The position numbers were made by a program, and so were the translations under genes. From contig OY781089.1 of the NCBI GenBank assembly GCA_963676565.1, positions 2,272,001 to 2,336,000 on the forward strand: a stretch of DNA of 64,000 nt. The letters are read 5' to 3'. Numbering within the stretch: position 1 is the stretch's first letter; each line of letters opens with the position of its first letter. The notes beneath the pieces are model-generated. The model was given only the letters and a program-made list of their open reading frames with translations, was not told the DNA's origin and ran no database searches. Below are positions 39,383 through 48,566 of this stretch, piece by piece. This stretch comes from Halarcobacter sp. Lineage in GTDB: Bacteria; Campylobacterota; Campylobacteria; Campylobacterales; Arcobacteraceae.

Positions 39383-39945
39383 AGTAAGTTTATCAGAATT
39401 TGAAATAATATTTTCTTCAATAAGTTTATTGTAAAAATTATTCATTGATACTTCTTGTGCTGTAAACCCTAATATAGATAAATGATAATCAGAAAGTAAA
39501 TCTTGTGCAGAATTAACAGTAAAATCAAACTCTGTCCCTCTTATATTAAAACTTAATTCTCCAGTTTCATTATTTTTTAATACTAATGCATCAAATCCAC
39601 TTATAGTTCCTATACCATAATCAGATGCTGAGGCTAGGATTGTGTGTCCATTAGTTTTTACAGTTTTAGTACTTCCATCATCTTGGATAACTTCTTTAGT
39701 TAAAAACTCATATTGAATCTCGTCTTTTTCATTTTTAATAACTTCCCCTGTTGTTTCATTTCTTTGTTCTGTAACCCCTACAAAATTTTTTGCTTGTGCT
39801 AAAGTTATTTTTATTTCACCACCTGAATCAACTCTTGTAAGTTCTTCTATATATTTATTAGCATCATTGTTCATTTCAACATTTAAATCACCATAACTTA
39901 CATTAAACTTTATTGCATTATCTAAATATGTTTGGCTAATGACAT
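39380..39945 (-). pseudogene. truncated, frameshifted lipase (class 3-like) or secreted toxin N-terminus
   Basis: SGFDALVL..FNIRGTEF..DL..D; cut at DKLTL, just before an expected GHSLG, by the repeat. The RBS-linked ATG at 39945 is out of frame with the body. Confidence 0.65.
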
Positions 39946-39946
39946 T

Positions 39947-40747
39947 TTATTTTCCTTTTGTTGTTTTATTTTGTTTATAAGGGTTTGGAATAACAAGCTC
40001 TTTTAAGGCTTTAATTCCAATTTCTTTGGGACATCCACTACCTCTAAACTCATAAGGACTCATAGTATTTACATACCAACCTCCACCATAAGAATAATGC
40101 CTATCTATCGCTAATGTTTCATTATTTTTCTTATTAAACACTTTGTGTATACTTAGTGAAATGCGAAATAAATCTGATATTCTATGGTTATAGCTTTGAT
40201 CAAAAGCACTTATATAAGTGCCATATGGACTCTTAGGTACTTTGATAATATTTTTTAAATTATATTTTTTTATGATTTCATCAGTATTCTTGCATGAACT
40301 TTTGTAGTTTTGATGATTAGGTGATAGATTATTATATTTATCACTACAATAGTTCAAATAAACTTCTTTAAACCCACCCTTAGAACAAAGACCTTTTTTA
40401 ATTAAATCTGTACAAATACCTCTTTTAACCAATTTATTTTTGGCAAAAAAATCAAATTCTTCACCTGAATATGAATTATTAAAGATATTCAACCCTTCGT
40501 AAAACCAAAAATCCTTCTGCTCTTGTAAATTAGTAACAGTTTTATAAATTTTAACTCCACCTTCTGTAAAACAAAGATATTTAAAATAAGCATATCCAGC
40601 AATATGATCCCAAAATGGTAAAGTTACAAGTAAAATAAAAAATACTCTTTTTTTTATCTTACTTATAGCCCTATAAAATTTATCAAATAACCATTTTATT
40701 ATTAGCATATATATAATAATCGGCAAAAATATCATTAATACACCCAT
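39947..40747 (-). CDS. membrane-anchored, Cys-containing hypothetical protein
   Basis: Two N-terminal TM helices, PFWD...YLC..EGG, C-terminal GGW..C; abuts the lipase-like pseudogene. Confidence 0.7.
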   Translation of the reverse strand: MGVLMIFLPIIIYMLIIKWLFDKFYRAISKIKKRVFFILLVTLPFWDHIAGYAYFKYLCFTEGGVKIYKTVTNLQEQKDFWFYEGLNIFNNSYSGEEFDFFAKNKLVKRGICTDLIKKGLCSKGGFKEVYLNYCSDKYNNLSPNHQNYKSSCKNTDEIIKKYNLKNIIKVPKSPYGTYISAFDQSYNHRISDLFRISLSIHKVFNKKNNETLAIDRHYSYGGGWYVNTMSPYEFRGSGCPKEIGIKALKELVIPNPYKQNKTTKGK

Positions 40748-40818
40748 TATGCAACCTTTCTATTTGTAATTTTAACTTAGAACTCTTTAATTTCTGTGTC
40801 TCATTTACTGTAGTCAGA

Positions 40819-40920
40819 TCAATATTTATCATTTGTATGATTAAAGACATCACATCTATTTACTCCTCTATTTATAACATGATGATATCCTGTAAAATCT
40901 ACTCTTAATCTTGTGGGCAT
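40819..40920 (-). pseudogene. N-terminal stub of a RAYT/Y1 (IS200-superfamily HUH) transposase
   Basis: Manual translation MPTRLRVDFTGYHHVINRGVNRCDVFNHTNDKY*, matching MPR..R....G..HV..RG..R..IF....D; AAAGG RBS. Confidence 0.7.
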
Positions 40921-41038
40921 CTTTTTACCTTTCTTTTTATCTACAAATTAAAACTTCTCAGATAGAAACTTTAATTTATTGATTTATATTTTTTATCTCA
41001 AAAGTGGAGATTCATCCTCTGGGGTGTAACTGTAACTG

Positions 41039-41216
41039 TATCCATATGAAATCCAATTAATTTTTATACCTATTGTACTTATTATAATTTAATATACTCT
41101 TATTGTTTTTTTGATAAAATCGCCACAATTAAAGGATTATAATGACAAACAAATTTGCAATTTTTGGAAACCCAGTAGCACATTCAAAATCACCACAAAT
41201 GCATAATGCAGGATTT
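41039..41216. repeat. 178-bp direct repeat, copy 2
   Basis: Matches 39202-39379. Confidence 0.93.
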
Positions 41217-41933
41217 AAACAACTAAATTTCGACGGTGAATATGTAAAGCATTTAATCGAAGATGCAAGTACCCTTAAAAATACTTTTTTACAAGAAAAA
41301 TACTTAGGTGCTAATATTACAGTTCCCCATAAAGAAGTAGCTTTTAAAGATGCTGATGAAGTTAGAGGTATCGCAAATAAGATTAAAGCAGTAAATACTT
41401 ATATAAATGAAAATGGCAAAATTGTTGCATATAATACTGATGCTCCAGGATTTTTAAAAGCAATTGAAACCTTTGGAGTAATTAAAAAAGTACTGCTTCT
41501 TGGTGCAGGAGGAACAGCAAAGGCTATTAGTCTTGCTTTAAAAGAAAAAAATATTGATGTAACTGTATTAAATAGAAGTGAAGGGAAACTAGACTTTTTC
41601 AAACAATACAATATAAAATGCTCAACTTGGGAAAACTTTGAAGATAAGGATTTTGACCTAATTGTAAACTCTACAAGTGCTGGTTTAAAAGATGACTATT
41701 TACCTTGTCCTAAAGAAATTTTAGAAGAAGTTTTAAAAAATGCTTTATATGCTTTTGACTGTGTTTATGGGAAAGTAACACCTTTCTTAGCACTTGCAAA
41801 AGAAAAAGGTTTGCAGATAAAAGATGGAGAAGACATGCTTCTTTATCAAGGTGTATTAGCCTTTGAATACTTTACTAAACAAGAGGCAAATCAAGAAACT
41901 ATTGAAACTATGAGAAAAGCACTAAAAGAATAA
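41142..41933 (+). CDS. aroE: shikimate dehydrogenase
   Basis: GNPVAHSKSP.MH, NITVPHK, AVNT, NTD, GAGGTA, ML.YQG. Confidence 0.95.
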   Translation: MTNKFAIFGNPVAHSKSPQMHNAGFKQLNFDGEYVKHLIEDASTLKNTFLQEKYLGANITVPHKEVAFKDADEVRGIANKIKAVNTYINENGKIVAYNTDAPGFLKAIETFGVIKKVLLLGAGGTAKAISLALKEKNIDVTVLNRSEGKLDFFKQYNIKCSTWENFEDKDFDLIVNSTSAGLKDDYLPCPKEILEEVLKNALYAFDCVYGKVTPFLALAKEKGLQIKDGEDMLLYQGVLAFEYFTKQEANQETIETMRKALKE

Positions 41934-41944
41934 AAGGAAGAATA

Positions 41945-42589
41945 TTGAAAAAAAGAAATCATATAAAAAAGATATCAAATTACACTATAGTTGGTGGTCT
42001 TGGAGCAATTTTAATTGCTGGATTAGCAGGATGTGAAGATAAATCTGCAAATAACCAAAATCAAGCTCAGAACAATGCCTTTACAAGTGCTTCTCAAAAA
42101 CAAGAAGCTTTTGTAATTATTGAAAAACTACAAGGTGGTGGATACACTATTGCTGATGAATTTCCTGCTTCTAAAACTACAATTGTTTTAAGAGAACTTG
42201 ATGGAAGTGAAAGAATTCTTTCACAAGCAGAGATTGATGCTTTAATAAAAGAAGAAGCTGTTAAAATAGATAATGGAACTTCAGGACTTACAAACCCAGA
42301 GATGTCAAATGGAATGGGACTTGGTGGAGTTTTATTATCTTCTATAGCTGGAGCGATGCTTGGATCATGGATTGGTAATAAACTATTTAACAATCAAAAC
42401 TATCAAAATCAAAGAAAAGCTCAATATAAATCTCCTCAAACATATAGTAGATCACAAAGTTCATTTACAAAAGCTGCTAAATCTAGTACTTCAAGTTCTA
42501 GTAGTAAAAAAAGTGGATTTTTTGGGAGTAAATCAGGAACATCAAAATCTGGTTCATTCTTTGGTAAAAGTTCAGGGTTTGGTGGATAA
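41945..42589 (+). CDS. UPF0323-type lipoprotein
   Basis: LAGC lipobox, Ser/Gly-rich tail ending SGFGG; upstream of a Gsp-synthase-like gene. Confidence 0.75.
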   Translation: MKKRNHIKKISNYTIVGGLGAILIAGLAGCEDKSANNQNQAQNNAFTSASQKQEAFVIIEKLQGGGYTIADEFPASKTTIVLRELDGSERILSQAEIDALIKEEAVKIDNGTSGLTNPEMSNGMGLGGVLLSSIAGAMLGSWIGNKLFNNQNYQNQRKAQYKSPQTYSRSQSSFTKAAKSSTSSSSSKKSGFFGSKSGTSKSGSFFGKSSGFGG

Positions 42590-42594
42590 AAAAG

Positions 42595-43773
42595 ATGAAT
42601 TTAGAAAAACTTCAACCCTTAACAGACGAATACTTAGAATCAATAGGTTTTGTTTGGCATACCGATGAAGATGACTCTTCGTATGTAGCAGATGAGATTG
42701 TACAAATCACAGAAGATGAGGCAAATGCTTTTTATGAAGCTACTAATGAGCTTTATGATATGTTTTGTGAAGCTGGTGAATATGTGATTGAAAATAACCT
42801 ATTCCATGAAATCAATATCCCTTTTAACCTTGTTGAGCTAATAAAAGAATCATGGGAGAATGATGTTCATTGGCATCTTTATTCAAGATTTGATTTAGCT
42901 GGTGGTATTGATGGAAAACCTATAAAATTGATTGAGTTTAATGCTGATACACCAACTTCATTATTTGAAACTGCAATTATTCAATGGGCACTTTTAAAGA
43001 AAAATGGACTTGATGATGCAAGTCAGTTTAATAATCTTGTAGAAGCATTAAAGGACAATTTTAAAAGAATTATAACCTTAGATTCTGATATAGAAAAATT
43101 TGATGAATATTATTCAAAACTAGGTTGGAAAATATTATTTTCTTCAATCTCTAGTTCGAGTGAAGATATAAACACAACTAAACTTCTTCAACATCTTGCT
43201 AGTGAAGCTGGTTTTAATACTGATTTTGAATATATTGAAAATGTTCAATTTAACGATGAAGGTATTTACAAAGAAGATGAACTTTTTGAATTTTGGTTTA
43301 AACTTATTCCATGGGAAGATATTGCAATCGAAGAGAGTGAACTTGCATTAATGTTAACAGAGATTGTAAAAGAGAAAAAAGCTATTATTTTCAATCCTGC
43401 TTATACATTGATGTTTCAATCAAAAGGTTTTATGAAAATCCTATGGGATTTATATCCAAACCACCCTCTTCTTTTAGAAACTTCATTTGAACCATTAGAA
43501 GGAAAAAAACAAGTTGAAAAAAGATGTTTTGGAAGAGAAGGTGCAAACACAAAAATCATAAATGAAGATGGTTCAATTGATTGTGAAACTCAAGGTGATT
43601 ATGAAGGTCATAAAGCAATATTTCAAGAATATATAGAACTTCCAACTGATGAAAATGGAAACTCATATCAAGCTGGAGTATTTTATGCTTATGAGGCATC
43701 TGCTTTAGGTTTTAGAAGAGGTGAAAAAATTTTAAATAATATGTCAAAATTTGTAGGTCATATAATAAGATAA
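42595..43773 (+). CDS. glutathionylspermidine synthase family ATP-grasp protein
   Basis: SRFDL, IEFNADTPTSL.E, FKLIPWE, GREGAN. Confidence 0.9.
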   Translation: MNLEKLQPLTDEYLESIGFVWHTDEDDSSYVADEIVQITEDEANAFYEATNELYDMFCEAGEYVIENNLFHEINIPFNLVELIKESWENDVHWHLYSRFDLAGGIDGKPIKLIEFNADTPTSLFETAIIQWALLKKNGLDDASQFNNLVEALKDNFKRIITLDSDIEKFDEYYSKLGWKILFSSISSSSEDINTTKLLQHLASEAGFNTDFEYIENVQFNDEGIYKEDELFEFWFKLIPWEDIAIEESELALMLTEIVKEKKAIIFNPAYTLMFQSKGFMKILWDLYPNHPLLLETSFEPLEGKKQVEKRCFGREGANTKIINEDGSIDCETQGDYEGHKAIFQEYIELPTDENGNSYQAGVFYAYEASALGFRRGEKILNNMSKFVGHIIR

Positions 43774-43783
43774 GCTTTAAAGC

Positions 43784-44698
43784 TTATCTTTTTGAATGGT
43801 GAGTTTTTTTCTCCTCATACATTCTTAAATCAGCAGTTGATATTAGTTTTTCAATATCCTTTCCATCTTCAGGAAAAATAGAAATACCAATACTACATTT
43901 AATAAAAAAACTATTATATTTAAACTCTATCTTTTTTGAAATTATTTGTGCTATTTCATTTTTTATACTCTCATGAACTTGCTCTTCATTTTGAGAGATA
44001 GTAAAGATTAAAAACTCATCTCCACCAAATCGACTTATAACATCAGATGCTCTAAAATTTTCTTTTAATCTATTTGCAATAACTTTTAAAACTTCATCAC
44101 CTGCATCATGTCCATAATTGTCATTTATATCTTTAAAATCGTCTAAATCAATAAAATATAGAACTGCTTCTTTACATTCTCTTTTACAAAGTTCAAGTAG
44201 TTTTTTTGATTGTTCAAAGAACATCCTTCTATTATAAAGCTTTGTTAAGGTATCAAAGTCAGCATGTTTTTGTAAATCTTCTTCTAGTTTTTTCTTGTTT
44301 GTAATATCTCTACATATTGCAAAAACTCCAACTATATTACCCTCTTCATCAAAAATTGGACTTTTTGTTGTACTTACATAACATACTTTTCCATCTCTTA
44401 TATAAGGTTCTTCTCTTGCAGTAAGATTCTTCCCTTTTTCCAAAACTTTTTTTTCCTCAGTATAATAGATTTTTGCAAACTCTTCTGGAAATAATTCAAA
44501 ATCTGTTTTACCTGCTAGTTGGGATCCCTCTTCAAAACCACAGTTTTTTGCAACTGTATCGCTGGCATATAAAAATTTATGTTCTTTATCTTTTATGAAA
44601 ATATAATCTGGAGTAGTTTTAAGTAAATAGAAAAAAAGAGACTCAATTTCTTTGAGTTTTTCTATATTATTTAATGATAGTTCATCGAAAAACTTCAT
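43784..44698 (-). CDS. PAS-GGDEF diguanylate cyclase
   Basis: PAS/PAC region (GKTDFEL, RDIT), DLDDFK.IND.YGH..GD, RFGGDEF; start at MKFF with AAGGA RBS. Confidence 0.88.
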   Translation of the reverse strand: MKFFDELSLNNIEKLKEIESLFFYLLKTTPDYIFIKDKEHKFLYASDTVAKNCGFEEGSQLAGKTDFELFPEEFAKIYYTEEKKVLEKGKNLTAREEPYIRDGKVCYVSTTKSPIFDEEGNIVGVFAICRDITNKKKLEEDLQKHADFDTLTKLYNRRMFFEQSKKLLELCKRECKEAVLYFIDLDDFKDINDNYGHDAGDEVLKVIANRLKENFRASDVISRFGGDEFLIFTISQNEEQVHESIKNEIAQIISKKIEFKYNSFFIKCSIGISIFPEDGKDIEKLISTADLRMYEEKKTHHSKR

Positions 44699-44762
44699 AA
44701 TATATTCCTTCTTTACTAAAACTAGTACATATAAGAAATTATAACACAAAATTATTAATATT

Positions 44763-45737
44763 TTAAATTTTATTTAACTCTATATATTTATCTATTAAAG
44801 AAAGTTTATCTTTATTTATAAACTCTAAATCAAGTTTTGTAAGATAGAGATTATCAAAATTAAAGTTTTGTAACTTTACAAAATCTTTTTCAGTTGTAAT
44901 AAAGCTATACCCTTCATACTTTGATTTTATATCATTTATTTCGCTATTAGTAAAATTATGATGATCTTCAAAAGCTATCATTTTTGTATTTTCAGGTAGA
45001 AATTCTAAAACTCTTTTTGGCTTAGAAATTGCTGTTAAAAGTACAAGTTTAAAAGGTAGTTCATTTACGACTTTATCATCTTTATAAATTGTGACAACTC
45101 TTTTAAAATCAATACTTTCTTGAAGTTCTAAATTTGCTAAAGAGTATGCCATTTTAGGTTCTCTATAACCACCACTTGGCAAACACAAAAGATTTGTTGG
45201 TTCATCTTTAGGTCTTATTAAAATATCAAATTTTTTTATATCGTATTTAGAAAAACCATCATCTAAAAATATTAACTTACAGTTTAATTCTTTTGCTTTT
45301 AAAATAGCTTTCTTTCTATCCTCACTAACAATTATTGTAGCATTTGGCAATGATTTTGCTAGAAGCATTGCCTCATCTCCACTTGTATTAGTATCAGTTA
45401 ATATTTTCCCATTCTTTGAAACTACAAATAAACCCTTTGATTTTCTTCCATAACCCCTTAAAATAACTGAAACATCTTCATAATTTTTGGCAAGTTTTAT
45501 TGTTAATGGTGTTTTTCCACTTCCTCCAACAATAATATTTCCAATAGAAATAATTGGAATTTTAAAATCAATTGGAGTTGCCTTAACTCTTTTAAAAGCA
45601 ATAATTAACATATAAACTAAGGTAAAGGGGAGTAAAAGTATTGAGATGAATCTTTGGAAAAGGTTTGGGAAGAAGAGATAATCTTCTACCCATAAAAAAA
45701 GCTTTTGCTTCAAATATTTATACCCATTCAGAAGCAA
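44763..45737 (-). CDS. lpxK: tetraacyldisaccharide 4'-kinase
   Basis: SIGNIIVGGSGKTP, LRGYGR, GDEA, LDDG, TTEKD; the true start may be slightly downstream. Confidence 0.9.
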   Translation of the reverse strand: MLLNGYKYLKQKLFLWVEDYLFFPNLFQRFISILLLPFTLVYMLIIAFKRVKATPIDFKIPIISIGNIIVGGSGKTPLTIKLAKNYEDVSVILRGYGRKSKGLFVVSKNGKILTDTNTSGDEAMLLAKSLPNATIIVSEDRKKAILKAKELNCKLIFLDDGFSKYDIKKFDILIRPKDEPTNLLCLPSGGYREPKMAYSLANLELQESIDFKRVVTIYKDDKVVNELPFKLVLLTAISKPKRVLEFLPENTKMIAFEDHHNFTNSEINDIKSKYEGYSFITTEKDFVKLQNFNFDNLYLTKLDLEFINKDKLSLIDKYIELNKI

Positions 45738-46866
45738 TTTCTATAATTTGATCACAAATATAATTCGCATCTTCATCTGTCATTCCTGGATACATTGGGA
45801 TTGACAAGATTTGTTGATATGAAGTTAAAGCCGAACTAAATGTTGTAATTTTAATAGAATATTTATTTTTATAATATGTTAATAGGTGTAATGGAATATA
45901 GTTAAGTCCTGTTGAAACACCTCTTTCTTTCAATGCTCTTGCAAAAGCATCTCTATTTCTTGAGATTTTAATGATAAATTGTGTGAAGATATGCTCTTCT
46001 TTATGAGGAGGAATTGTAACATGTCTAATACCACTTAATCTATCTTTATAAATCTTTGCAATCTCTTTTCTTCTTTTAATAAATTTATTAGTTTTTTTCA
46101 ATTGTGCCAAAGAAAAAGCTGCATCTAACTCAGACATATCATATTTATGTCCAATATCAACAACATCATAAATATAGTCTAAGTTACCAAAATCATCATA
46201 TGTAGTTGTAATTGCATGGGTTCTTAAAAGTTTTGCTCTTTCAGCAATCTCTTCGTTATTTGTAACAATTACCCCTGCTCTACTCACTGAATATTTACCA
46301 TTTGATGGGTTTGTTGAGAAAATTGTCATATCAGCTCTTAAGCTTCCAACAGTTTCATCATTGTAAGTTACACCTAATGCTGATGTAGCATCTTCAATTA
46401 ATATAATTCCATATTTCTCAGCAATATCATAAAGTCTATCTAAATCAGGAGTTTGTCCTGCAACAAAAGTGATAATTGCCCCTCTTAATTTTTTTGATTT
46501 ATTCTCTTCCAATGCTTTTTCAAATTTATTTAAATCAATATTCATATCTTCAGGATTTATATCAATAAAAATTGGCTCAGCATCAAAATGTCTTACAACT
46601 TCAGGAACATTAACAAAAGAATTAACTGACATTAAAATTTTATCACCTCTTTTTAATTTTATTGCACTTAAAGCAAGGTGAATTGCACCTGTTGCATTAC
46701 AAGTTGCAATTGCATGTTTTGCTCCTACAAAGTTTGCTATATTTTCTTCAAATTCTATAACTTTGTTTTCATCTCTATTCATTTCAAGAACATCTTTTAA
46801 TTGTCCTAATTCTTCATCTCCCAATGATGTTTGATAAAAAGGTATTTCTTTCATTCTTTGCTCCAT
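45718..46866 (-). CDS. DegT/DnrJ/EryC1/StrS-family PLP protein
   Basis: FEE..A.FVG, ALS..K.GD, IEDA, LSIPMYP. Confidence 0.85.
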   Translation of the reverse strand: MEQRMKEIPFYQTSLGDEELGQLKDVLEMNRDENKVIEFEENIANFVGAKHAIATCNATGAIHLALSAIKLKRGDKILMSVNSFVNVPEVVRHFDAEPIFIDINPEDMNIDLNKFEKALEENKSKKLRGAIITFVAGQTPDLDRLYDIAEKYGIILIEDATSALGVTYNDETVGSLRADMTIFSTNPSNGKYSVSRAGVIVTNNEEIAERAKLLRTHAITTTYDDFGNLDYIYDVVDIGHKYDMSELDAAFSLAQLKKTNKFIKRRKEIAKIYKDRLSGIRHVTIPPHKEEHIFTQFIIKISRNRDAFARALKERGVSTGLNYIPLHLLTYYKNKYSIKITTFSSALTSYQQILSIPMYPGMTDEDANYICDQIIEIASEWV

Positions 46867-46991
46867 TTAGTATTTGCTAGGCTAAAGTATTTTTCTTTGC
46901 CTCTTTTAAAAATAATTTATTGTAAAGTACACAATTATGTAACAATCTATTTATTTCTTCTTCCTAGTTGCCCTAATAATTTTATTATAAA

Positions 46992-47213
46992 TTAATTTTC
47001 CTTTGTTTTTTCATAAATCTCATCTAAATAATCAAAAGTAGTTTCTCTTATTTGGCTTTTTTTAAAAATTAAGTCATTTTTTATAGCTTCTAATTCATAT
47101 TCTTGAAAATATTCTAAAAAAATTGGATTAATATCAATTTTTTCATTTTGATTAGTTGCAATTAATTTTTTTATATCTTCTATTAATTCTTCTTTTTTCA
47201 TTTTATCCTGCAA
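46992..47213 (-). CDS. small hypothetical protein
   Basis: Overlaps the upstream BFD-like gene; operon context. Confidence 0.6.
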   Translation of the reverse strand: MQDKMKKEELIEDIKKLIATNQNEKIDINPIFLEYFQEYELEAIKNDLIFKKSQIRETTFDYLDEIYEKTKEN

Positions 47214-47430
47214 ATTTATTTAATATTTGAGTTAAATATAGTTCCATCTTTTCTGAACCTATATCCTTCTCTTCACTTTGACAACATTTACAACAAGTCC
47301 CTGCATCAGTAATCTCTCCAAGTTTGTCTAAAGTTGAAGCATCTCTTTCTTTTATTGCATGCATAATTTCACCCAAAGTAACATGTTTACACTTACATAC
47401 TTCATAGGAATGATGAAATTTTCTAGCCAT
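47203..47430 (-). CDS. BFD-like [2Fe-2S] protein
   Basis: VCKCKHV...AGTCCKCC. Confidence 0.82.
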   Translation of the reverse strand: MARKFHHSYEVCKCKHVTLGEIMHAIKERDASTLDKLGEITDAGTCCKCCQSEEKDIGSEKMELYLTQILNKFAG

Positions 47431-47653
47431 TTAAAACCTCTTTTAAAATATCTTTACAATAAATCTTTTTCTTTATTTTGCCAAAATCCCCTTCAGGGAA
47501 AATGCAATGCCTACAATCTGTACCAGCAGTTGTAATATCTTGAATAGCGCCTAATGTTTTAGCATCTTTTTCTAAGATTGCATCTTTTATTGTTTTTAAA
47601 GAAACCTTTCTACAGTTACAAACTTCATATTTCTCATCGAATTCTTCAAGCAA
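47423..47653 (-). CDS. BFD-like [2Fe-2S] protein
   Basis: VCNCRKV...AGTDCRHC. Confidence 0.82.
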   Translation of the reverse strand: MLEEFDEKYEVCNCRKVSLKTIKDAILEKDAKTLGAIQDITTAGTDCRHCIFPEGDFGKIKKKIYCKDILKEVLNG

Positions 47654-48409
47654 TTATATCTTTCTCTCTTTCTTTATTAATTCATAAGCTTCATTAATCT
47701 CTTGAAGTTTTTTTGTAGCCTGGTCTATAATATCTTGCCCTGCACCACTTCCAGAAACAATATCAGGATGATGTTTTTTTACAAGAGTTCTATAGTTTTT
47801 CTTCAATGTTGCATTATCATCATTTGAATTTGATTCTAAAACCTCATATGCTTTTTCTAAAGATAAAGCTTGACTTGCTTTTTGACTAGCATAAAAGTTT
47901 TCAAATTTTTTAACAAGATTTTCAAAGTCTTGCTTTTTGATCTTTAAAGCATTTGAAATATCTTCACAAATCATCAATTCAGTTTTAGAGAATTCTTTAT
48001 CGATAAATGCAATATTTAATAAGTATTCTATAATTCCTACTCTTTTTTCGTAGTGTTTTTTTGTTATTTTATAAAGTTTTTCAGTAAGCTCTATTGTATT
48101 TTCAAAACTTTCTTTCTCTTGTTTATAAATATCTTTTAATTTTTCTCTAATCTCATCTTGATTTTCAAAATGTCTTGAGATATCAGAAAAAGTATGTTTT
48201 AACATCTCTGCTTCTAGCTCGCAAACTTGTCCATCTGCCTTTGCAACTTTTGCCATTAAAGCAACAAGTAAACCTGCTTCATGATTTAACAAATCGCCAT
48301 CAAATCTCTCTTTTATATCAAGTTTAATATTTTCAAACTTTTCAGTTTTATAACCTCTTGCAATAAAATATAAAATAATTCCAATTACAAGTAAAACTAT
48401 AATCTTCAT
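47654..48409 (-). CDS. djlA: DjlA-like co-chaperone (TM, TerB-like and J domains)
   Basis: AKVAKADG.V; J domain with HHPD and EINEAY. Confidence 0.8.
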   Translation of the reverse strand: MKIIVLLVIGIILYFIARGYKTEKFENIKLDIKERFDGDLLNHEAGLLVALMAKVAKADGQVCELEAEMLKHTFSDISRHFENQDEIREKLKDIYKQEKESFENTIELTEKLYKITKKHYEKRVGIIEYLLNIAFIDKEFSKTELMICEDISNALKIKKQDFENLVKKFENFYASQKASQALSLEKAYEVLESNSNDDNATLKKNYRTLVKKHHPDIVSGSGAGQDIIDQATKKLQEINEAYELIKKERKI

Positions 48410-48566
48410 TTCAATCCTTTATTTATAATAAATATAAATTTTGGCAAATTTTAACAAAAAACAATTGAATTTTTGGATTAGATTATTTTTTGTATTATTT
48501 AAGTAGATTTTGTCTAGAATAAATCCGAAATAATATACTATACTTAACTTTACAATAGGTCAATAG

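Noticed and set aside
39202..41216. Prophage or ICE attL/attR
   Set aside because: No integrase, tRNA or phage genes; the repeat is a duplicated housekeeping promoter region
41945..43773. Lipoprotein plus glutathionylspermidine synthase-like pair
   Set aside because: Well-known conserved gene pair, not novel
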